56,781 nt of DNA from a virus (taxonomy: Duplodnaviria; Caudoviricetes), in IMG/VR virus record IMGVR_UViG_3300030380_000823, positions 1 through 56,781 of that record, one strand, 5' to 3'. Below are positions 1-9,336 of the stretch, in pieces. Each line of letters opens with the position of its first letter. Within the stretch, counting starts at the first letter, position 1. A program made the translations under genes and the position numbers. Under the pieces are notes generated by a model. The model was not told the origin of the DNA, did no database searches, and worked only from the letters and a program-made list of their open reading frames with translations.

Positions 1-1
1 C

Positions 2-67
2 TTCGTGTCCGTTGCGGGTATCTTGGCGGCGTTCTTTGGCGCACAAGCATGGTCAAATAGGAAATAG
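2..67 (+). CDS. 3' end of a small membrane protein (partial, lysis region)
   Basis: Manual translation FVSVAGILAAFFGAQAWSNRK*; hydrophobic helix ending 2 nt before the holin start. Confidence 0.55.
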   Translation, partial: FVSVAGILAAFFGAQAWSNRK

Positions 68-69
68 AT

Positions 70-453
70 ATGAGTATCGTTGCATCGTTAGTTGGGCCGG
101 TTACAGGGCTGCTGGACAAGTTCATAGAGGACAAGGATCAAAAGAACGCCTTGGCCCACGAGATTGCTACTATGTCTGAAAAGCACTCGCATGAGGCGCT
201 AAAAGGCCAGCTAGAAATCAACAAGATGGAAGCTGCACATAAGTCGTTATTTGTAGCGGGATGGCGACCTGCTATCGGTTGGATCTGTGCGCTGGGCCTG
301 CTCTATAACACCATCATCGCCAACATAATCAGCATCTGGGTAGCTGTACCAGAAGTAGATACAACGCTTCTAGTGCCCGTTATGATGGGGATGTTAGGGT
401 TGGGTGCTATGCGTTCATACGAGAAGGTCAACTCCGTCGCACGGGAGAAGTAA
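70..453 (+). CDS. Holin, 3TM gene-transfer-agent-release type
   Basis: WRPAIGW motif, hydrophobic segments, C-terminal MLGLGAMRSYEK; stop overlaps the lysozyme start. Confidence 0.8.
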   Translation: MSIVASLVGPVTGLLDKFIEDKDQKNALAHEIATMSEKHSHEALKGQLEINKMEAAHKSLFVAGWRPAIGWICALGLLYNTIIANIISIWVAVPEVDTTLLVPVMMGMLGLGAMRSYEKVNSVAREK

Positions 454-872
454 TGGGTCAGTTGATTGACATGATAAAGCGCCACGAAGGCGTCAAATCC
501 AAGGTCTACAAGTGCAGCCAAGGGTACGAAACAATAGGCGTAGGTCGAAACATCTCAGAGTCTGGCCTTGGGCTGTCTGATGACGAGATAGATTATCTAC
601 TACATAACGACTTAGAGCGTTGCAATGAAGAGCTGGCTAAGGCGTACGACTGGTACAGCGAACTAGATAAACCCAGACGAGACGCAATGGTTGATATATG
701 CTTCAATCTGGGCATTACGCGGTTGCGTGGGTTCGTTAAAGCTCTGGAAGCTATGTCTCGCCAGCAATTTGACATCGCCGCCGACGAGTTCATGGACAGT
801 AGGTGGGCCACACAGGTTGGTTACCGAGCCGAAGAGGTGACAGAGATGATTCGCACAGGTACATATAAATAA
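453..872 (+). CDS. Endolysin, T4-lysozyme-like (GH24)
   Basis: HEG-x6-YKC-x2-G-x2-TIGVG catalytic region, FNLG and DSRWATQV motifs. Confidence 0.9.
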   Translation: MGQLIDMIKRHEGVKSKVYKCSQGYETIGVGRNISESGLGLSDDEIDYLLHNDLERCNEELAKAYDWYSELDKPRRDAMVDICFNLGITRLRGFVKALEAMSRQQFDIAADEFMDSRWATQVGYRAEEVTEMIRTGTYK

Positions 873-2722
873 TGGCTCTGCGTAAGTTAGCGTTTAACCC
901 CGGCGTCAACCGTGAAAATACGCGCTATGCCAACGAGAATGGCTGGTTTGATTGCGATAAGGTCAGGTTTCGAGCTGGGCTACCGGAAAAGATTGGTGGT
1001 TGGGAACGTATATCTGACAATACTTTTTTAGGTGTAGCCCGTACGTTGTTTAACTGGGTTACGTTACAAAACCAAAACTTAATGGGTGTAGGCACTAACC
1101 TAAAGTTCTATATTGAAAAAGGCGGTGTGTATTTTGATGTAACGCCCGAGCGTACGCCGTCTGGAGTATCTCTTACTAATCCTTTTACGACTGTTAGCGG
1201 GTCTAGCACGGTAACTGTAACCGATGCGGCTCTTGGGTATATAAATGGCGATTTTGTTACGTTTAGCGGCGCATCTGCTGTAGGAGGGCTTACATTAAAC
1301 GGTGAGTTTCAGCTAACGTATGCTACTGGCAATAGCTACACCATTGAAGCATCAGCAGCAGCTTCATCATCTGCTACTGGCGGCGGCTCCGTAACAGCAA
1401 AATACCAAGTAAACGTCGGCCCTGAGACTGAAGTACCGCTGTCAGGTTGGGGCGCTGGTGGTTGGAATGAAGGTGCTTGGGGTGAAGGTGTTATATCTTC
1501 AGATGCTATTCGTCTTTGGAGCCAATCTAACTTTGGAGAAGACTTAGTATTCGGCCCTCGAAACGGTAGGCTTTACTACTGGGATGCTTCTGTGGGGCTA
1601 GATACACGCGCTGTAGACGCTACTACACTATCAGGGGCATCTAACGTACCCACCGTACAAAACGTCACACTAGTATCCGATGTAAGCCGGTTTGTATTTT
1701 GTTTCGGCGCAAATACATTAGGCACTTCAACGCAAGATCCCATGCTTATTCGCTGGTCAGATCAAGAAGACATTACGAACTGGACACCCAGTGCAACAAA
1801 CCAAGCAGGAGATTTACGACTATCTAAAGGGTCAGAGATCATTACTGCACTACAGTCCCGCCAAGAAATACTGGTGTGGACAGATTCAGCTTTGTATTCG
1901 TTGCAGTATCTAGGCGGAACTGCAGTGTGGGGATCTCAGCTACTTGGAGATAACATCTCTATAGCCTCTCAAAACGCTGCGGCTTTTGCAGATGACGTAA
2001 CGTACTGGATGGGGATAGATTCCTTCTACATGTACGACGGTAGAGTGAAGGCGTTACCTTGTTCTTTGAAGCGGCATGTCTTTAATGACATAAACCATTT
2101 TCAGACTAAACAAGTCTTTGCAGGCACCAACGAAGGATTCGATGAAGTATGGTGGTTCTACTGTTCTGCCAACTCATCTACTGTAAATAAGTACGTGGTC
2201 TATAATCATGTACAAAACATTTGGTACTTCGGCAGTTTAGCCCGCTCCGCATGGGTTGATACGGGGATCAGACAGTTTCCCGTTGCAGCTACATATAGTA
2301 ACAACTTAGTCACGCACGAAGACGGTGTAGACGATAACGAGGTTGGTGAAAGAGCCGGTATCACTGCGTTTATAACCTCTGGAGAATTTGACATGGACGA
2401 CGGGGATCGGTTCGCTTTTGTACGCCGAATACTGCCCGACGTAACTTTCAATGGGTCTACAGCAGACAGTCCAAGTGCAACACTAGAATTGTTACCGCTT
2501 CAGTCCTCGGGTTCTGGGTACAACAGCCCTAGATCAGAAAGTGGTGAGAACAGCGGTGCTGTAATTCGTTCTGCTGTAGTACCTATAGAAGCCTTTACTA
2601 CTCAGATTAATACTCGGGTACGTGGTAGGCAGATGTCCATAAAGGTACAGTCTTCAGATATAGGTGTGTCTTGGCAGTTCGGTGCGCCTAGACTTGACAT
2701 ACGTCCTGACGGGAGGCGGTAA
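872..2722 (+). CDS. Tail stabilisation / nozzle protein (P22 gp10 / tail tubular protein B-like)
   Basis: 616 aa, beta-rich; IRWSDQED and EVWWFY motifs; C-terminal RLDIRPDGRR; precedes the internal virion genes. Confidence 0.7.
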   Translation: MALRKLAFNPGVNRENTRYANENGWFDCDKVRFRAGLPEKIGGWERISDNTFLGVARTLFNWVTLQNQNLMGVGTNLKFYIEKGGVYFDVTPERTPSGVSLTNPFTTVSGSSTVTVTDAALGYINGDFVTFSGASAVGGLTLNGEFQLTYATGNSYTIEASAAASSSATGGGSVTAKYQVNVGPETEVPLSGWGAGGWNEGAWGEGVISSDAIRLWSQSNFGEDLVFGPRNGRLYYWDASVGLDTRAVDATTLSGASNVPTVQNVTLVSDVSRFVFCFGANTLGTSTQDPMLIRWSDQEDITNWTPSATNQAGDLRLSKGSEIITALQSRQEILVWTDSALYSLQYLGGTAVWGSQLLGDNISIASQNAAAFADDVTYWMGIDSFYMYDGRVKALPCSLKRHVFNDINHFQTKQVFAGTNEGFDEVWWFYCSANSSTVNKYVVYNHVQNIWYFGSLARSAWVDTGIRQFPVAATYSNNLVTHEDGVDDNEVGERAGITAFITSGEFDMDDGDRFAFVRRILPDVTFNGSTADSPSATLELLPLQSSGSGYNSPRSESGENSGAVIRSAVVPIEAFTTQINTRVRGRQMSIKVQSSDIGVSWQFGAPRLDIRPDGRR

Positions 2723-2898
2723 TGCCCACATACGTTGCTGTAGCTCCTCGGCTACCTAACCCACCAAAAGAATACACACAAGCTAATTTTGAACAGCTTA
2801 ACAACGCTCTACGATTGTATTTTAACCAACTAGATGAAAATGTACGTTTAGCGGGTGCTTCTCCCGAATCTCAAGCGCAGGTGTGGTTCCTTGGCTAA
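2722..2898 (+). CDS. Small virion protein, 58 aa (not in ORF track)
   Basis: Manual translation MPTYVAVAPRLPNPPKEYTQANFEQLNNALRLYFNQLD...VWFLG*; TAATG coupling with the upstream gene. Confidence 0.7.
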   Translation: MPTYVAVAPRLPNPPKEYTQANFEQLNNALRLYFNQLDENVRLAGASPESQAQVWFLG

Positions 2899-3214
2899 TC
2901 AATACAAAAACGCAAAAGCAGATCTAACCAGCACAGGTGCCACTACGCTGTACACATGCCCTGCGGCTAAGACAGCTATAGTAAAGTCTATCTTGGTGTC
3001 CGAAGACGCGGGACTTGCCGATACCATAACTGTAACGCTTACCGACGCATCTTCTAATGTGTTTAGTCTGTTTAAGACAAAAGCTGTTATAGCCAACAAC
3101 ACACTAGAACTTCTCACAGCGCCGTTGGTGATCGAAGAATCGGAAATACTGAAAGTACAAGCTGCAACAGGTAATAGGCTGCACGTTGTAGCTAGCTTGC
3201 TGGAGGTTACGTAA
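2891..3214 (+). CDS. Small beta-rich virion protein
   Basis: Probable TTG start at 2891 (MANQYKNAK...) overlapping the previous stop; in frame with track ORF 2855..3214. Confidence 0.65.
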   Translation: MANQYKNAKADLTSTGATTLYTCPAAKTAIVKSILVSEDAGLADTITVTLTDASSNVFSLFKTKAVIANNTLELLTAPLVIEESEILKVQAATGNRLHVVASLLEVT

Positions 3215-5703
3215 TGATAGGTGGAGGTTTCGGCGGTTTTGGCGGTATGGGTCTAGGGGCACTTGGAGGGCTTGGTGGGTTCGCACCTACTCCAGAACAA
3301 ATACAGGAAAATCTGAAAGCCTATGGCATAGCAGGCTATACCCCTCCCGCGCCTGTTGCGCCCGTTGCGCCTATAAGACCAAACCGATTTCAAGAAGAGG
3401 TAGCGGCTGTTAAAAGTCCTAGACCCGCACCTGTCGTAGCGTCTAAACCTACACCAGTGATGCCCGTTGCACCTGAACGAATCCCCACATCAACGACACC
3501 AACGCCTGTCGCACCTGTTTTTTCTGCGCCCATATCGGACTTTCCAGAAGGCAGAGGGGTAGCAGACGGGCCGACGACACCAACGCCCGCAGCGCCTGTA
3601 CCCGCAACATCTGCCCCTATTCCCCCTACGGCAGACCCAGTAATAGCTGCCGACGCGCTAAAAAATGTGCGGGCCATGACTAAAAACATGACTCCAGAAC
3701 AGTTACGTGAGGTATCAACATACGCACCGGAGTTGGCTGAACAGTTAAGAGAGCCAATAACACCCAAGAGCGCCGTTCAATCGTACAAAGATATGCTACT
3801 AGGTGCTGCGGACAAGAATGTGTATAGCGTTATAGGCGATGTAGACGAAGTAGATGATTTCTACGACAGGTCGTTCAAAAACACAGTCACAGACCCACTG
3901 GGAACAGATAAAAAAGCGATAACAGCTAGAGATACAACGGACGGTGGGGCCAGAGGAAGTCAGTATTTATCAGGCAAACGAGGAGATGTATTTGCGTTTA
4001 CCTCTGACGAATACATATCTGAGGTAGGTGCTCCCGAATACTTGAAAGCGTTAAAGCGCGGCGTTGGGGTAGACAAGGATGTGCTTCGATCTACCTATGG
4101 CTCTATAGCTAATGCCGATGGTGCAGGTACTGCGGCAGCATTAAGTAACCACTATGGGTTTGACGTTCTACCTATTGATTCTGCATCAGATATTGAAAAC
4201 TTTGGTGGTAACTACGGAGAGCATACAAATGCTTCACAAGAACAAATCTCCGAGTTTCAATCACTTATCAAGCCTGTACTTGCTGAAACTATACCCTACC
4301 TACAAGCCACTGAAGGTTTAAGCTACCAAGACGCACTGCTAGAAGCATACAAGCGCGACCCTATGGTTCAGGCCATGTACGCTAAATATGGTGTGCAGCC
4401 GATACGGCAAACAAAAGACGGGTCTACTTACCTCTATGACCCCATGACTTTCGGTGAAATACGTACTAAGGAAGTCAAAGATAGCTCTGTTAAAGACGCA
4501 CTCAAGGTAGCTGCTCTGGTCGGCTTGTCCGCTTTTGGTGGCGGTGCATTAGCTGGTACGGCTGCATTTGGTGGGGGTACGTCCGCTGCTGGCTCTGCAT
4601 TGGCCTATGGCACGACATCAGCAGGTATTACCGCAGCTACAGGCGGCGATACTAACGACATTCTAAAATCCTTTGCACTTGGTGGTGTAGGCGGGTTCGC
4701 CAAAGGACTTAATGCAAACGCAGCAGGGCTGGCAGATAAAGCAAGACAAGGCGCGTTTACTTTGGGTGCTGCGGCACCAGACCCTGCGCTAATAGAAGCC
4801 GCAAATGCTGCTGCAAAAACTGCCGATTCGTTTAACAAGGTAGTGCAAGGGGCTAAATTCGTAGACGCTGCCATAGACGGAGATATAGCTGGCGCTGCGG
4901 TTTCTATGTTTGGCCCTAAATTCACCGAAACAGCAATGAACAAAGTTGGGCTAGATAAAGACTTCTTATCTGATTACAACATAAACCAAGACGATGTTGT
5001 TGCGGGGCTGGTTAAAACCCAGACGGAACTAGCTAAAGGCACAGACTTTGGAGATGCTATAGCTAGAGGTTTTGGCGAGTATATTATGGAGGGTGGAGCG
5101 TTAGCGCCTAATAACGTCAAGACACCTGAGTTCATCAAAATGATAGGCGATGCACTCAGGGAAGTCGGTAGCAAATTTGATGACGTTATCTTGCAGCCCA
5201 TAAAGGGTGTTGCAGAGCCGGTGATAGATGTTGCAAGGGACATAGGTAGCGCGGTAGACGATGCGTTCATACAGCCTATTCGAGAAGGACTTAAAGTTGT
5301 AGACGACGAGGCAATACAGCCTATTCGAGAAGGACTTAAAGTTGTAGACGACGAGGCAATACAGCCTATAAAGGAAGGGTTTGAAACAGTATATGAGTCA
5401 GTTGACCTACCCGATGTTGATGTTGACTTATCCGATGTTGATGTTGACTTGTCCAACTCTGGATCGCCCGATGCCGCTACCCCACCTTTTTTCCCCACAC
5501 TGATGCCACGATTCCGTCAGGTGGTCTCAGAGGTACCAGAAGGTCAGGAAATTACACCGTACGATTTTGGTGATGATCCGTTACTAGCATTCTTAGCTGA
5601 CAACCTAAGAAAGAACCAAGAGTATACGGCGGCAAGTGGTGGTGTAGTCAGAAGTTCTTATGGTAATCTTGACGAGCTGCTACGTATAGTTGGAGGCAAG
5701 TGA
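3214..5703 (+). CDS. Putative internal virion (ejection) protein
   Basis: 829 aa; Pro-rich N-terminus, Gly/Ala-rich hydrophobic middle; position in the ejection-protein block. Confidence 0.55.
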   Translation: MIGGGFGGFGGMGLGALGGLGGFAPTPEQIQENLKAYGIAGYTPPAPVAPVAPIRPNRFQEEVAAVKSPRPAPVVASKPTPVMPVAPERIPTSTTPTPVAPVFSAPISDFPEGRGVADGPTTPTPAAPVPATSAPIPPTADPVIAADALKNVRAMTKNMTPEQLREVSTYAPELAEQLREPITPKSAVQSYKDMLLGAADKNVYSVIGDVDEVDDFYDRSFKNTVTDPLGTDKKAITARDTTDGGARGSQYLSGKRGDVFAFTSDEYISEVGAPEYLKALKRGVGVDKDVLRSTYGSIANADGAGTAAALSNHYGFDVLPIDSASDIENFGGNYGEHTNASQEQISEFQSLIKPVLAETIPYLQATEGLSYQDALLEAYKRDPMVQAMYAKYGVQPIRQTKDGSTYLYDPMTFGEIRTKEVKDSSVKDALKVAALVGLSAFGGGALAGTAAFGGGTSAAGSALAYGTTSAGITAATGGDTNDILKSFALGGVGGFAKGLNANAAGLADKARQGAFTLGAAAPDPALIEAANAAAKTADSFNKVVQGAKFVDAAIDGDIAGAAVSMFGPKFTETAMNKVGLDKDFLSDYNINQDDVVAGLVKTQTELAKGTDFGDAIARGFGEYIMEGGALAPNNVKTPEFIKMIGDALREVGSKFDDVILQPIKGVAEPVIDVARDIGSAVDDAFIQPIREGLKVVDDEAIQPIREGLKVVDDEAIQPIKEGFETVYESVDLPDVDVDLSDVDVDLSNSGSPDAATPPFFPTLMPRFRQVVSEVPEGQEITPYDFGDDPLLAFLADNLRKNQEYTAASGGVVRSSYGNLDELLRIVGGK
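5269..5369 (+). repeat. 45-bp in-frame tandem repeat (IQPIREGLKVVDDEA, about 2.2 copies)
   Basis: Identical units start at 5269 and 5314, with a partial unit at 5359. Confidence 0.9.
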
Positions 5704-6527
5704 TGGGTTATGGAGTTTTTATGGGGAGTAATCCTCTTTCAGACGATGATTTGCTGAGTGAGTTTGGCTTCGACGAAGACAACAGATCTAATGCCGACAT
5801 ACTCGATTTTATTACAGGCGCAAGTGACTCCATGCCTTCCGACGACGACTTGTTGTTAAGTTTATTTGAGTTTGGTGAAGACGAGAGATCTAATGCTGAC
5901 ATACTCGCCTTTCTTGCGGATGCAAAAGAAAACGACTACCAACCTACAATCGTAGACAGGATTCTCGCGCCGTTTCGTGGGTCTAGTGGGTCTAGCAGCG
6001 GCGTTAGTTTAGGTAGTCTGGTAGCCCCGTTTATCCTAAGCAAAGCTCTAGGAAGCACAGGGATGTTTGATACTAAGAAGCCTCCTGTCGGCTACCAAGG
6101 TAGTATTCCTAAGCTCAAAGCAACACGAGAACAGATTACAGGTAGAGACGACACAGACCGTCGTCCCGGTAGCGGTGGCAGACGTTACTTCTCAGACGTT
6201 AGCTATACCAAAGAAGCAGATACTTTAGACATGGCTGCTGGAGGTCTAGCTTCATTAGAAGGTGGCGGGTATTTAGAGGGCGATACTGATGGGCAAGCTG
6301 ACCTTGTGCCCGCCGATATTGATGGCGTACAAGAAGCCCGCCTAAGTCACGGTGAATACGTGTTACCTGCTGATCTAGTTGCTATTCTTGGCAACGGCAA
6401 TTCTGACGCAGGTGCGAAAGCCTTAGACGAGTTTATGTCTACAGTCCGTAAAGAAGCTACGGGAACGCCGAAGCAACAAAAGAACATCGACGCAGACAAA
6501 GCTCTGCAAATACTGATGAGAGGGTAG
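5700..6527 (+). CDS. Putative internal virion protein with G-x-TDG-x-AD-x-VPA...LSHGEYV domain
   Basis: Motif seen in phage virion and tape-measure proteins; acidic duplicated N-terminus (SDDDLL...FGxDE..RSNADIL twice). Confidence 0.55.
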   Translation: MMGYGVFMGSNPLSDDDLLSEFGFDEDNRSNADILDFITGASDSMPSDDDLLLSLFEFGEDERSNADILAFLADAKENDYQPTIVDRILAPFRGSSGSSSGVSLGSLVAPFILSKALGSTGMFDTKKPPVGYQGSIPKLKATREQITGRDDTDRRPGSGGRRYFSDVSYTKEADTLDMAAGGLASLEGGGYLEGDTDGQADLVPADIDGVQEARLSHGEYVLPADLVAILGNGNSDAGAKALDEFMSTVRKEATGTPKQQKNIDADKALQILMRG

Positions 6528-6530
6528 GGT

Positions 6531-7478
6531 ATGGGAGCAAATACAAATACAGATTATGTCCCAACTGGTATACCTACAGACGGCACCGTAGGCCAATCCG
6601 CCGGATACGAAAACACATTATCCGAATACGCTGGCCCATACGTTACAGATATGCTGGCAAAGGGCGCTGCGCTGGCAGACATGCCCTACACTGCGTACGA
6701 AGGCCCGCTAACCGCAGGTACTTCTGCTCTGCAAGACCAAGCCTTTGCAGGCTACGCTGGTTTAGACACCGCTCCCGCCACAAGTTTGGGCAGTTTCTCT
6801 GCTACGGGTGCTCCTGCGATTCCTAATTTTTCAGGTATATCCGGTGTAGCCGCACCTGTTCGCCCTGCTGTGGAAACTTTCGTACCGCAGGGAGGCTCAA
6901 TCCAGTCGAACGTAGCGGCCCAGTACATGAACCCCTACCTACAAGCTGTATTAGACCCACAGCTACGTGAAGCACGTAGGGAAGCTGATATTAGTCGTAT
7001 CGCAGATGCTAGTAGACTGACTAAAGCAGGTGCTTTCGGCGGGTCACGCCAAGCTATTATGGAAGCCGAAGGCCGTCGTAACTTAGGACAGCTACAGTCT
7101 GATATTGTCGGTAAAGGCTACGCAGACGCTTTTGACCAAGCGCGTTCGCAGTTTAATACAGAAGAAGCCCGCAGAATCGCCGCAGAACAGGCTGACCGCC
7201 GATACGGTCTAGATGCTTTATCAGCAATGGAGCGTGCCGGTGCGAGACAGCGTGATATTGAACAAGAAGGCATCACTGCCGACTATTTGCAGTTTGAGAA
7301 AGAACGTAAGTATCCCTACGAGCAGATCGCGTTCCAACAGTCTCTACTTGACGGACTACCTCTTACAGCAAGGCAAGAGTCTTACATTGAGCCTAGCGGA
7401 TTTGCGTCTGGGGCTGGAGACATGAACGCGGTAATAGAATTTTTAAGGTCAATTGGCGTCATCCCTGAGACTTCTTGA
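6531..7478 (+). CDS. Putative DNA ejection / pilot protein
   Basis: YMNPY...GAFGGSRQAI motifs typical of podovirus ejection proteins. Confidence 0.65.
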   Translation: MGANTNTDYVPTGIPTDGTVGQSAGYENTLSEYAGPYVTDMLAKGAALADMPYTAYEGPLTAGTSALQDQAFAGYAGLDTAPATSLGSFSATGAPAIPNFSGISGVAAPVRPAVETFVPQGGSIQSNVAAQYMNPYLQAVLDPQLREARREADISRIADASRLTKAGAFGGSRQAIMEAEGRRNLGQLQSDIVGKGYADAFDQARSQFNTEEARRIAAEQADRRYGLDALSAMERAGARQRDIEQEGITADYLQFEKERKYPYEQIAFQQSLLDGLPLTARQESYIEPSGFASGAGDMNAVIEFLRSIGVIPETS

Positions 7479-7487
7479 GTTAGCAAT

Positions 7488-9332
7488 ATGAATAATCCTA
7501 TTAGTCAAATCGAACGCACAAAAGACGCTTATGCTGGAAACATGCAGGGGCTACAGAAACGTGCAAACGTGTCAAAAGAGCTTATCGACCTGCTTGCTAT
7601 GCAACAGCTCAAGAAAGACCTTGATGCGGCTAAACGCAATCAGATGATGCAAATGCAAGGCAACCCTGCCACGGTAAAGGATCAACTACAGCAGGGTCTT
7701 ATGGGGGAGTACCGCCAGCAAGCCGCGAAAGAGATGGGTATGATGCCCAGCGAAGGTCAGGCTATAGCTCGCGCCCAACAAGCCATGCCACAAGGTATGC
7801 CCCAACAGCAAGCACGTATGCCACAAGGTATGCCTCAAGGCGCTTCACAGCAGCCACAAATGGCGCAAGGCATGATGAGTCAAGCTCGTCCAGTGCAGTT
7901 AGCTGGCGGCGGTATTGTTGCGTTTAATAAAGGGTCAAAAGATGAAGGGCCGGTAGAAGTGCCAAAAGGGCTAGGCTCAGATGAGCTAGCTGACTTTTTA
8001 CGAGGCACCGTCCAAGGGAAAGGGCTTTCTGCTATGGAGCAGGCTAAAGAGTTCAAACGCTTGATGGCAGAACAAGGCTTTGACCCGTTAGGCAGGCCAA
8101 TTATTGAAGAAAAACCAGTTTCAGAAGGTACGACACGCAGAAGGGCAAGAGCAGGACTAGACACGGGGGTAGGTATTGCGGCAACAACACCTAGAAATTT
8201 TGATACTTCGGGCCTACAAGCACAAGTAGACGCTGAATATGGTAGGCAGGGTATAGTAAATCCTAAATATGCGCCCCCACCTAATGCAGCTCAACAACAA
8301 GAAGAGCGTGAAACACGTAGAAGTGAGGCACAGCAAAGGGCTGAACAACGTAAGAAAGAAGAGTACGAATCTAGTCTACAAGGGCAGTTAGACGCAGTAA
8401 AAACTAGCGGCATAATGTCCGGTATAACTCCTTACCAGTTAGATGAAACACAACGAACCCAAGCGGAAGCAGAGCTAGCATTAGACCCTGACAAGAAAGG
8501 ACTTGCCGCGATAGAACGCATAAGAGATCTGTCGAAAATGAGTGACAATGAACAGTTGCTCAAGGACATGCAGGATCGTGTACAGGCAACTTATGACGAA
8601 ACTGCTCTGTCCGGTATGGATAGGTTCCAAGAACTACTAAGCGCAGCCGCTATAGGTGGTACAAGAGGTGTAGGTATACGCGGTAGCCAACTAAGGCAAG
8701 CAGAACGCAACCGTCGTAGGCAGCTAGACCAAGACATAATGGGCATCCAAGCAACTACCATAGAGCTTAATCGTAACTTCGGTGCCGATGCTGCACGAGC
8801 ATACGCCGAGGCGGAAGCCAATGTAATCACGCAGAAGCAAAACGCACGCGACTTCCTACGGAACGCTGACCAAGCAGAAGTAGCAAGTATGATGGACAAA
8901 GCACGCTTGACAATGGAAGAGCAGAGAAACGTGCGTCAGTTGTTTAGTGAACAGGAACGTAATCGACTGTTAGCAGAACAAATAACCGCTACTAATGCGC
9001 GAGCGTTAGGCGGGGACATCGCTGCTGCACTAGCTAAACTCGTAACATCGCGTGCTGAAATCGCAGAGAGTGTAAGACTAAGCCAAAGATACGCAGATCT
9101 TGACTCGCTAGATCCGGTAGATGACGCACGTAAGATAAAGCTGCTAGAAGGGCAACTAGCCTCCGAAGTAGCGGCGTTAACAGCCGATATAGATGCTATG
9201 GCTGACGATTTACGGACGCGGCAGCGTGAGTTAGACCAAGCGCGACAAGCGCAGACGAAGCGATTAACTCCTTCTGAGCAAGTCACACTTTCCCCTGAAA
9301 GCCAGAGGGCTGTAGCAGAATCTGGAGTCTGA
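7488..9332 (+). CDS. Putative internal virion protein, Gln/Ala-rich coiled coil
   Basis: 614 aa, helical; LAGGGIVAF motif; position. Confidence 0.55.
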   Translation: MNNPISQIERTKDAYAGNMQGLQKRANVSKELIDLLAMQQLKKDLDAAKRNQMMQMQGNPATVKDQLQQGLMGEYRQQAAKEMGMMPSEGQAIARAQQAMPQGMPQQQARMPQGMPQGASQQPQMAQGMMSQARPVQLAGGGIVAFNKGSKDEGPVEVPKGLGSDELADFLRGTVQGKGLSAMEQAKEFKRLMAEQGFDPLGRPIIEEKPVSEGTTRRRARAGLDTGVGIAATTPRNFDTSGLQAQVDAEYGRQGIVNPKYAPPPNAAQQQEERETRRSEAQQRAEQRKKEEYESSLQGQLDAVKTSGIMSGITPYQLDETQRTQAEAELALDPDKKGLAAIERIRDLSKMSDNEQLLKDMQDRVQATYDETALSGMDRFQELLSAAAIGGTRGVGIRGSQLRQAERNRRRQLDQDIMGIQATTIELNRNFGADAARAYAEAEANVITQKQNARDFLRNADQAEVASMMDKARLTMEEQRNVRQLFSEQERNRLLAEQITATNARALGGDIAAALAKLVTSRAEIAESVRLSQRYADLDSLDPVDDARKIKLLEGQLASEVAALTADIDAMADDLRTRQRELDQARQAQTKRLTPSEQVTLSPESQRAVAESGV

Positions 9333-9336
9333 CTAA